Position numbers and translations under genes: made by a program | NCBI RefSeq assembly: GCF_004010195.1 | Contig: NC_057750.1 | Coordinates: 19,922,112-19,942,111, forward strand | Direction: 5' to 3' | Length of the DNA stretch: 20,000 nucleotides | Origin: Chiloscyllium plagiosum | Lineage: Eukaryota | Notes under the pieces: generated by a model | The model's database searches: none | The model's input: the letters and a program-made list of their open reading frames with translations, nothing else | What the model was told of the DNA's origin: nothing | Part shown: positions 11,712 to 20,000 of the stretch, piece by piece | Numbering within the stretch: the first letter of the stretch is position 1 | How the letters are laid out: every line of letters starts with the position of its first letter

Positions 11712-11880
11712 CACAGAGAAAAGTATAGCGCAGGATCAGGCCCTTCGGCCCGACATCAACGTGCCAACCATGATGCCATTTTAAACTAATCCCATCTGCC
11801 TGCACATGGTCCATATCCCTCTTGTTCGCGCGTATCGAAATGCCTCTTAAACACTGCTATTGTATCTGCCGCTACCACCA
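11712..11880 (-). mobile_element. CR1 3' terminal fragment (~170 bp) abutting the RPL35A poly(A)
   Basis: Minus VVAADTIAVFKRHFD..EGYGPCAGRWD; 3' stem-loop motif caggcccttcggccc at ~11737-11751. Confidence 0.85.
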
Positions 11881-12136
11881 TGGTTTTTTTCCCCATCATG
11901 TAACAGTTTATTGTCAGTTCATGTACAGCTGTGCTTTTAGATCCTTGATGGGTACGGCACCACACGGATCCCATGCCCAATGGCTTTATTGGGCAGGTTA
12001 CTGCTGAACTTTCCATGCCCCACGCCACTGTTTCCATCAGCACCGGTCACCTTACCCAAAATAACACAAGTCTCGTTTGGTTTACCACCAGGAGTTGCGG
12101 TCTTGTTCTTTGCTTTGTAGATATGCACATCTCTTA

Positions 12137-12973
12137 AGCAGAAAGGAGGACAGCAGATGCTGGAGATCAGAGTCAAGATCAGAGCGGTGCTGGAAACGCA
12201 CTGCAGGTCAGGCAGCATCCGAGGAGCAGGAAAATCAACATTCCTGGCAAACACCCTTCATCAGGAATGAGGTAGGGAGCCTCCGGTATGGAGAGATAAA
12301 TGCGGGGTGGGGAGGGGGTGCTGGGGAGAAGGTAGTAAAGAGTACAATAGGTGAATGGGGAAGGAGGTGGTAGNNNNNNNNNNNNNNNNNNNNNNNNNNN
12401 NNNNNNNNNNNNNNNNNNNNNNNNNNNNNNNNNNNNNNNNNNNNNNNNNNNNNNNNNNNNNNNNNNNNNNNNNNNNNNNNNNNNNNNNNNNNNNNNNNNN
12501 NNNNNNNNNNNNNNGTGGGGGGGTGGGGCTGGGGAGAAGGTAGCAAAGAGTACAAGAGGTGAAGGGGGGTGGGGATGGAGGTAATAGGTCAGAGAGGAGG
12601 ATGGAGTGGATAGGTGGGAAGGGAGATTGGCAGGTAGGACAGGTCATGAAGACAGTGCTGAGCTGGAAGGTTGGAACTGGGGTAAGGTGAGGGGAGGGGA
12701 AATGAGGAAACCGGTGAAGTCCACATTGATGCCCTGGGGTTGAAGTGTTCCGAGATGGAAGATGAGGCATTCTTCCTCCAGGCGTCGGGTGGTGAGGGAG
12801 TGGCGGTGAAGGAGGCCCAGGACCTGCATGTCCTGGGCAGAGTGGGAGGGGGAGTTGAAATGTTGGGTCACAAGGTGGTGGGGTTGGTAGGTGCGGGTGT
12901 CCCGGAGATGTTCCCTCAAGCGCTTTGTGAGACAGTGTCCAGTCTCCCCAATGTAGAGGAGACTGCATAGGCA
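12137..12973 (-). mobile_element. Penelope-like element 3' part (GIY-YIG endonuclease C-terminus, pLTR, decayed HHR) with 10-bp TSD
   Basis: LLYIGETGHCLTKRLREH..QHFNSPSHS..LGTLQPQGINVDF. Decayed HHR cCTGATGAagggtgtttgccaGGAA at ~12265-12240. TSD acatctctta at 12127-12136 and 12974-12983. Confidence 0.9.
12374..12514. other. Assembly gap (141 N)
   Basis: Run of N. Confidence 1.
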
Positions 12974-13091
12974 ACATCTCTTACCCAAATATAATTTCCT
13001 TCTCATTATAGCAATAATCACCCTCAATCCTCAGTAGGGCAGTGTGCTCTCTCTGGTTTCAAAGGGCTTGTTTATATCTGGTAAACACGCC

Positions 13092-13161
13092 TCTGCACTG
13101 AACTGCTGTGCTTTTCCAGCACCACACTCTTGACTCTAATCTCCAGCATCTGCAGTCCTCA
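13092..13161 (+). mobile_element. 70-bp Penelope terminal fragment inserted in the RPL35A pseudogene
   Basis: ctgctgtgcttttccagcaccacactcttgactctaatctccagcatctgcagtcctc is the reverse-complement homolog of 12146-12207; a similar piece lies at 7303-7337. Confidence 0.8.
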
Positions 13162-13244
13162 CTTTAACCACAATCTTCCAGGCACCGTGAGATTACTTGA
13201 GAGAGTTTGACCACCCGCCCTGATACCAAGATGGAGGAAGAGAA

Positions 13245-14030
13245 TGTTAAAGGAATGTTAATGATTTCTGCAATCATTTTGATAATGATTGATAGTTGAC
13301 TGATGAGGTGGTAACTGGATTTGTCCTTTTGTTTTGTACAGGACATACCTTGGCCTATGTTCTCCAATATCAGGGAGAGGCCAGTGTTGCAGCTGTACTG
13401 GAACAGCTTCGTGAGGTGTGCAGTAAGTTCTGGTGCACGCTTTCAGGACTGTTGTCAGACTGTTATCAAGACCCTCAGCCGTAGCCACATCCAATGCCTC
13501 CACCACTTCTTGATGTTGCCTGGAATGAACTGAGTTGGCTGGAGGCTGGCACCGGTGACACCGGGTTCCTCTGGAGATGGATCACTTCTGGCTGAAGGTT
13601 GTGGCAAATACTTTAGCCTTATCCTTTTCACAAATGAGCATGGCTGATCGATCATTAAGGGTTTTGTGGAGTTTCAGTCGAGTGTGTTGAATCATGCACC
13701 ACCATTCACGATTGGATGTGGCAGGACTGCAGAGCTTTGATCTGATCAGTTAGTTAGGAGGTCATCTAACGCGGTCTGTCACTTGCTGCTGTCGGGAACG
13801 CATGTAGTCCTTTGGTGTAGCTTCAGCAGGTTAACACTTGATTTTTAGGTGTGCCTGATGCTGCTGTTGCATGCCCTCCTGCTGGGTGGTGATTGTCATG
13901 TTGGAGATCGGCCACATATGAGTGGGAGCAGGTGGCAGGTTGTGTTGGTGTACATTTCTACTGCTGATTATGACTCACTATGTCTCAGTATGTCCAGTCC
14001 TGAGTGCTGCATCTGTTCAAAGTCTATCAC
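13245..14030 (-). mobile_element. 5' continuation of the LINE at 11400-11711 (linker and RT N-terminal region)
   Basis: Degenerate KLFQYS.NTG..MENIGQ..KQKDKSSYHLISQLSIIIKM, which directly precedes the QFGF motif at ~11660. Confidence 0.75.
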
Positions 14031-14169
14031 ATACAGTTCAGCGATAGCGACACCTCAGTTTTGGTGAAACTATCATTTAACTTTGGATATTGCTGTGATC
14101 TTTGATGATGGTCTTTGTTAAGGTCACAATACAAAGCTGAAAAAAATATCTGACAGGTTTAATTGGAAG

Positions 14170-14204
14170 CACTAGCTTTCGGAGCACTGCTCCTCCATCA
14201 GGTG
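14170..14204 (-). ncRNA. Minimal type I hammerhead ribozyme motif, antisense copy
   Basis: cac-CTGATGG-a-GGAGC-agt-GCTCC-GAAA-gc-ta-gtg: one core change, UA cleavage site intact. Confidence 0.65.
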
Positions 14205-14287
14205 GCTGTGGAGTACACAATTGTAAGACAGAATTGTAAGACACATTTGTGAAAAATTCTGTGCCCTACAATTGTGTACTCCATAAC

Positions 14288-14322
14288 CACCTGATGAAGG
14301 AGCGATGCTCCGAAAGCTGGTG
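14288..14322 (+). ncRNA. Minimal type I hammerhead ribozyme motif (PLE-type)
   Basis: cac-CTGATGA-a-GGAGC-gat-GCTCC-GAAA-gc-tg-gtg: core boxes, stem II and CAC/GTG stem I present; the cleavage site is UG rather than UH. Confidence 0.7.
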
Positions 14323-14687
14323 TTTCCAATTAAACCTGTTGGACTATAACCTGGGGTTGTGTGATTTTTAACTTTGTACACCCCAGTCCAACACCGACAT
14401 CTCCAAATCATGAAAAATATCTGGACACGCTCCAGTAACTGCTCCATTTCCTTAAACCCATTTGGAGTTTCTAAAATTATAGACAAGGCTATCATTCATC
14501 TGACTACCAAATTATTACCTTTGAGTAAGTTAACTCCAGCAACAGGTCATTTCTTAATAAATTCGACCCCCACTTACTCTGTACAAGAGATCACATTCCA
14601 ATTGCAGTTTATGCAACCAAACTTATGTACACTCGCCTATTTGACAATGCTGTGACTTTCACCGTAGTCTCTGACAGTAGATGACCT

Positions 14688-15236
14688 TAAGACCACAAGA
14701 TACAGGAGCAGAATTAGCCTGTCAGCCTGCTGCATCTGCTCAACCATTCAAATGTGGCAGGTATGTTTCTCAGCTCCATTCTCCATCTTCTCCACACCAC
14801 CCTGACACCTTCCTAATCAAGAACCTGTCTCTGTCTTCAACAGACTCAATGACTGGGTCTCCACAACTTTCAGAGGCAATGAGTCCCACAGACTCCCCAC
14901 TCTCTGGCTGAAGAAATTCCTCCTCACCTCAGTTCCAAAGGATCGTCCCTTCACTCTGAGGCTGTGCCCTTGCATTCTAGTCTCCCCCAGTAGTGGAAAC
15001 AGATTCTCCACATCCAATCTGCCCGGGTCTCTCAGAATCCTGTACCTTTCAATTAAATCCACTGCCTCATCCTTGTAAACTCCATCAAACACAGACCCAG
15101 AGCCATCAACTGTTCTTCATTGAACAAGCCCTTCATACCCAGGATCACTCTTGTAAACTTCCTTTGGACCCCCTCCAATACCAGCACATCATGCCTTAGA
15201 TATGGGGCCTGAAACTGCTCACAATATTCCAAATGA
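14688..15236 (-). mobile_element. CR1 (HER1-like) 3' fragment
   Basis: HLEYCEQFQAPYLRHDVLVLEGVQRKFTR; RRNFFSQRVGSLWDSLP; tail taagaccacaagatacaggagcag. Confidence 0.9.
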
Positions 15237-15247
15237 AAAGGGCTGCC

Positions 15248-15869
15248 TGTATCCGAACTTTGAGTCAAATTGGTTCTGTTTCCAAAGCAAGAAGTTATAA
15301 AATGTCACATCGACTGGCTGCCTACAGATTGTGTGCTTAATGAACAAAACAGAATCTATCTGCTAATACAAATCTGCAAATGCAAATTCACCACCTAGAC
15401 TTACATATGTACATGTGTGTTTGAGTTTGTGTGCAAATGTGTGTGTGAGAGAGAGAGAGAGGGTGTGTGTGTGTTTGTGAGTGTGTGAGAGAGAGAGAAA
15501 GAGGGGAAAGAGTCCATGTGTGAGAGAGAAAGAGTGTGTGAGTGTGTGTGTCAGAGGGAATGAGTGTGTCTGTGTGACAGGGAATGAGTGTGTGTGTGAG
15601 AGAAGGAATGAGTGTGTGTGTGAGAGGGAATGGGTGTGTGTCTCTCTGTGTATGTGTGTGTGTGTGCTTGAGAATGTGACGGAGTATATGCCTGTGAGTG
15701 GATGTGCACATGTGCATGCATGTGTCTGAGAGAAAGCGTGTGTATGAGTGTGTGTGTGTGAGACTGTGTGTGTGCACATTTGAGTGTACAGTGTAGTGGG
15801 GTCACCTGTAGTGTGACATGAACCCAAGGTCCCAGTTGAGGCTGTCCTCATGGGCACCGAACTCAACTG
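15248..15869 (-). mobile_element. Penelope-like element 3' region (GIY-YIG ORF end, (CA)n/(CT)n-rich 3' region)
   Basis: Minus FGAHEDSLNWDLGFMSHYR* resembles the PLE terminal GLNRDLGFMSHY; followed by microsatellite and gaatttgcatttgcaga. Confidence 0.7.
15405..15785. repeat. Imperfect (TG)n/(GA)n microsatellite
   Basis: Directly visible. Confidence 0.95.
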
Positions 15870-16532
15870 CAACAGGGATCTTGGGTTGATGTCACACGAC
15901 AGGTGACCCCACTATACTATCCACCCTCACACACAAGCACACACATACATATACACACACTCTTACACATGATCATACTCACACTGAACATCTNNNNNNN
16001 NNNNNNNNNNNNNNNNNNNNNNNNNNNNNNNNNNNNNNNNNNNNNNNNNNNNNNNNNNNNNNNNNNNNNNNNNNNNNNNNNNNNNNNNNNNNNNNNNNNN
16101 NNNNNNNNNNNNNNNNNNNNNNNNNNNNNNNNNNNNNNNNNNNNNNNNNNNNNNNNNNNNNNNNNNNNNNNNNNNNNNNNNNNNNNNNNNNNNNNNNNNN
16201 NNNNNNNNNNNNNNNNNNNNNNNNNNNNNNNNNNNNNNNNNNNNNNNNNNNNNNNNNNNNNNNNNNNNNNNNNNNNNNNNNNNNNNNNNNNNNNNNNNNN
16301 NNNNNNNNNNNNNNNNNNNNNNNNNNNNNNNNNNNNNNNNNNNNNNNNNNNNNNNNNNNNNNNNNNNNNNNNNNNNNNNNNNNNNNNNNNNNNNNNCACA
16401 CACACACACACACACTCACACAACACAAACACACACACACACCACACACACACACACACACTCACACACACACACAGACACACACACAGACACAGGTCTA
16501 TAGTGTGAGTTTGCATTTGCAGATACATTCTA
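15870..16532 (+). mobile_element. Inverted second copy of the PLE 3' region with (CA)n tract, spanning gap 15994-16396
   Basis: NRDLGLMSHDR*, (CA)n, then gtgagtttgcatttgcagatacattcta mirroring ~15350-15400. Confidence 0.7.
15994..16396. other. Assembly gap (403 N)
   Basis: Run of N. Confidence 1.
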
Positions 16533-17230
16533 CTTATCCACCTGTAACCTTTCAGCTTCCCCAGCACCCTCTCCTTACTGATGGTCACATTCCACTCACA
16601 GCTGCCCCTGACTCCTGGAAGTTCTGCTACATTGCAGGTGTCTTTCACTGTGTGAACTGATGCAAAGTTGCTTTCCAGTTCTTCTGCCATTTGTTTTCCC
16701 CCCATTACTACTTCTTAAGCGGTCCAACATCCACTCTAATCTCTCTTTAAGCTTTTACATATTGAAAAAACTCCTGCTATCTTTTTTTATGTTACTAACT
16801 AGCTTACACCTATTTTGATCTCCTCCCACCTTATCTTTTTTGTTTAGTTATCCTTTCCTGGGTTTTAAAGGCTTTGTAATCCTCTGGTTTCCCACTTATC
16901 TTTTCCACCCAAACCCACACTCTCTTCCCATCTACCTGTCCTTTTGTATCCTTGGATATTTAGTTCCCAGCCCTGATCTCCTTACAGCCCTATCTCTGTG
17001 AAACCAACAGCAATTGGTTGTATACTCACACAGTTAAGTACAGCACTCTCAATCCTACATTGACTGACCCCCTTCTCATAGTTGTCCCCTGACCTGAAGT
17101 GAGATTCTTGACCCTTTCCATACTCTCTGTCGTAGTACTTGCTCTGGAAACTTTAATAACCTCTCCTGAGACCTCCCTCACCTTTTATTTAAAGTCTTTG
17201 TGACCTCAATTTACCTCGATATGTGCCATC
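16533..17230 (-). mobile_element. Old CR1 ORF2 fragments (endonuclease start and EN-RT linker)
   Basis: QMAEELESNFASVHTVKD..ISKERVLGKLKG; ~16950-17010 encodes a VGFTEIGL*GDQGWELNIQGY (ITETWL-like) motif. Confidence 0.75.
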
Positions 17231-17235
17231 AGTTC

Positions 17236-17475
17236 ATAGAACACAGAACATAGAACAATCCAGCGCAGAACAGGCCCTTCAGCCCTCGATGCTGTGCCGA
17301 CCTGTGAACTATTCTCAGCTCGTTCCCCTACACTATCCCATCTTCATCCATGTGCTTATCTAAGGATTGTTTAAATCTCCCTAATGTGGCTGAGTTGACT
17401 ACATTAGCAGGTAGGGCATTTCTCGCCCTTACCACTCTCTGCGTAAAGAACCTGCCTCTGACATCTACCTTATTC
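17236..17475 (-). mobile_element. Younger CR1 3' fragment nested in the old CR1
   Basis: Tail catagaacacagaacatagaac, caggcccttcagccc; minus FFTQRVVRARNALP. Confidence 0.85.
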
Positions 17476-17729
17476 TGAACACCTCATGCATTAAGACACA
17501 AAAACTTTGAAGTTTGCTCTGTTGTCGAGTTTACCTCCTCTTTTATGGATCCTTGGTAAAATATGACATTCACATGTTCTGTACTATCCTTTTATTTTCT
17601 GATAGCAAACAACCCCATTACTAACCAGCAACACTACCTGCTCCCTTACCTTGTACTTTATGATTTTCTATGCAACTGAAAGCATGCACATACAACTTCC
17701 GCTATTTAATTTACAACCTTACCTGCAGC

Positions 17730-18070
17730 CCTAGTTCTGCAATTCGCGAGGACTCTGGACCCACCCAGTTTGTTTCAGGTGCAGACTGTCCCATCAGGAC
17801 AGCCCTCTCCTTCCCCCTTGCTGGTGCTAATGTCCCATGATTTTGAATCTGTTTCTCCCACAGCGATCTTTAAGCCATATGTTTACCTCTTTAATCTTGT
17901 TGATTCTGTGGCAATTAGCTTGTGGCTCAGATAGTAATCTGAAGAAGATTAACATTTTGGTTCTCCTTTCTAATTTATCCTCTCATTTTCCCTCAGCAGA
18001 ACACTGTTCCTCGTTCCACCAATATCGTTAGTACCAACCTGGACCATAACAACGAGATCCTTCCCCTCGT
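17730..18070 (-). mobile_element. CR1 ORF1 SGNH-esterase domain remnant
   Basis: Minus VVMVQVGTNDIG..LLSEPQANCHRINKIKEVNIWLKD..WDSLHL (GxND and DGLHL blocks). Confidence 0.8.
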
Positions 18071-18310
18071 TTTGTGTGGGAAATGTTCAGCTCTCCCTTA
18101 GCACCTAATGACTTAAAGAATGCCACCATATCCTTTTCCTCAAATTTTGATAGTCTGTACAAAGCTAAGCATTTCCTGACCGTCTTTAGATCATGTCAAA
18201 GCTTTCCTTGTCAAACCATTCTTCAGCTGTGAAGTCCTTATATAACTATGTAACTCCAGGCCGGTATTCCCTATCCTTCTCTTTTTCCATTCTTTATCCT
18301 TTAATGATCT

Positions 18311-18697
18311 CGGCCCGGACAATCACAAAGGCCAACCTCCCATCTGTAGAATCCATCGACCAGGCCCACTGTCAAGGAAAGGCCACCAGCATTCTCAAAG
18401 ATCCATCCCACCCTGGCAATGTTTTTCTACAACCTCTACCATCGGGGAGAAGGTACAGAGGCCTGAACACACACACCAGCCGGTTTAGGGACAGTTTCTA
18501 CCCTACTGTTGTTAGAATATTGAATGGACTTACAAACTCTTAACATTCGCCTGTACCTGTGTTTTTGTTTTTGCCACGGTTTACCTATTATTTACTATCT
18601 ATGCTACTTAACTCTGTGATCTGCCTGTATTGCTCACAAGACAAAGCTTTTCACTATGCCTCAGTACATGTGACAATAAATTCAATTCAATTCAATT
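18311..18697 (+). mobile_element. Rex1/Babar-like LINE 3' end with (TTCAA)n tail
   Basis: ARTITKANLPS..ILKDPSHPG..LPSGRRYR..TSRFRDSFYP*; aataaa followed by ttcaattcaattcaa at 18675-18695. Confidence 0.8.
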
Positions 18698-19188
18698 TAA
18701 TCTCAGCTGAATCTCTAGCTCCAGATTCTTAATGTTCTCTTTACCTTTCTCCTCTCTCTGCATTTCAAGTTCAAGATTTTAATGTTCCAGCTCCCTTTTT
18801 GTTTGAATTGCAATTGTAAACTTTTACTCACTCAAGTGGGCTCACCATTCAATGTCCCTAACCCCTCTTGTATTTCTACCAGTCGATATTCTTTGCCAAG
18901 ATTTCAATGATCTCTGCTTTCTTGACTCTGACAGTCAATTTCACTTCCAATTGATTGGCCAATTCCACCAACATAGCTTTTATCATGTCTTGTAAATTTA
19001 TTATCAAGAAGTCTTCAAAACTGCAACATGGTTTTATTTAAATGTAACGCCATTTTGTGTTGGTATGTCAAATCCTGTATCTGCCCTTTTACCCTTTACT
19101 CCTTACATGAACTTCACATCCAATCGTATGCAATTCTCATTCAAAAGAAATCTCAGACTCATGAGTCCTCAAACATTTGTTGTGACTT

Positions 19189-19363
19189 AAACTCAGACGT
19201 TGCTGGAAAAACTCAGCAAGTCAGGCAGCATCTGTGGAAAGAAAGCATAGCTGATGTTTTGGGTTCAGTGACCATCCTTCTGAGGATGCTCCACAGATGA
19301 TTCCAGACCTGTGGGTTTTCCATCAATTTCTGATTTTGGTTCTGATTTACAGCATCTGCAGTT
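19189..19363. mobile_element. Mini Penelope-derived inverted-repeat element with decayed HHR
   Basis: Arms gttgctggaaaaactcagcaagtcaggcagcatctgtgga / tccacagatgattccagacctgtgggttttccatcaat; the end cagcatctgcagtt is shared with the PLE termini at ~12150 and ~13150. Confidence 0.65.
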
Positions 19364-20000
19364 ATAGAGTCATAGAGTCACAGGGATGTACAGCACAGAC
19401 ACAGACCCTTCAGCCCAACCCGTCCATGCCGACCAGATATCCCAACCCATTCTAGTCCCACCTGCCAGCACCCAGCCCATATCCCTCCAAATCCTTCCGA
19501 TTCATATACCCATCCAGATGCCTCTTAAATGTTACAATTGTACCAGCTTCCACCACTTCCTCTGGCAGCTCCTTCCATACATGTACCACCCTCTGGGTGA
19601 AAACGTTACCCCTTAGGTCTCTTTTATGTCTTTCCCCTCTCACCCTAAACCTATGCCCTTCTAGTTCTGGACTCCCCACCCCAGGGGAAAAGACCTTGTC
19701 TATTCCCCCTATCCATGCCCCTCAATTTTATAAACCTCTAAAAAATCCCTCAGCCTCCGACGCTCCAGGGAAAACAGCCCCAGCCTGTTCAGCCGCTCCC
19801 TGTAGCTCAGACCCTCCAACCCTGGCAACATCCTTGTAAATCTTTTCTGAGCCCTTTCAAGTTTCCCAACATCTTTCCGATAGGAAGGAGACCAGAAGTG
19901 CACGCAATATTCCAACAGTGGCCTAACCAATGTCCTGTACAGCCGCAACATGACCTCCCAACTCCTGTACTCAATACTCTGACCAATAAAGGAAAGCATA
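19364..20000 (-). mobile_element. CR1 3' portion with (GACTCTAT)n tail
   Basis: Tail atagagtcatagagtc; ORFs LYRTLVRPLLEYCVHFWSPSYRKD and NVFTQRVVHVWKELP..FKRHLDGYM. Confidence 0.95.

Larger units (their letters stand above)
11884..13244 (-). pseudogene. RPL35A: Processed pseudogene of 60S ribosomal protein L35a in three segments (13244-13162, 13091-12974, 12136-11884)
   Basis: 5'TOP-like leader ttctcttcctccatcttgg. Translation: GTG(was ATG,13185)PGRLWLK | GVFTRYKQAL*NQREHTALLRIEG..YLGKRC | [62 protein letters not shown] (stop 11937-11939). AATAAA at 11912-11907, A7 at 11890-11884, no true introns. Confidence 0.95.
14153..14412. mobile_element. Palindromic mini Penelope-derived element (same family as 7403-7630)
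   Basis: Inverted arms ~14153-14235 and ~14255-14339, followed by tail ggactataacctgg..tgtgatttttaactttgtacaccccagtccaacaccgacatctccaaatcatg. Confidence 0.85.

Noticed and set aside
12307..12569. Similar G-rich sequence on both sides of the gap (possible tandem repeat or G-quadruplex)
   Set aside because: Part of the PLE 3' region; may be an assembly overlap and cannot be resolved across Ns.
11701..13261. TSD around the RPL35A-CR1 unit (aaagagcattt vs aaaggaatgtt)
   Set aside because: The match is too weak; only a local gaatgttaa duplication (13242-13250 / 13253-13261) is clear.
15363..16705. Long His/Thr- or Cys/Val-rich ORFs
   Set aside because: Translations of (CA)n/(TG)n microsatellites and N gaps.

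Overview
Vertebrate genomic DNA. The repeat families and GPCR type suggest a cartilaginous fish, probably a shark (inference). There are three N-gaps (6803-7302, 12374-12514, 15994-16396). Most of the window is fragmented, nested non-LTR retrotransposons: many CR1 pieces, L2, Rex1/Babar-like, a second RT-LINE family, and Penelope-like elements (PLEs) with GIY-YIG remnants and minimal hammerhead-ribozyme (HHR) motifs. No intact protein-coding gene was found. Two host-derived pseudogenes are present. (i) A GPR139-like class A GPCR main exon (3988-4957, +) carries stops, frameshifts and an ~85-nt repair-type insertion. (ii) A full-length processed RPL35A pseudogene (13244-11884, -) keeps its 5'TOP leader, AATAAA and poly(A) remnant and is split by two PLE insertions; its poly(A) is fused directly to a co-oriented CR1 3' end, suggesting an mRNA-LINE template-switch chimera. 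Also notable: palindromic mini-PLEs with HHR motifs on both strands, a fold-back PLE, a tail-to-tail CR1 junction, and a CR1 tandem duplication bridged by a 70-bp satellite. Family names come from motif recognition, not database searches.
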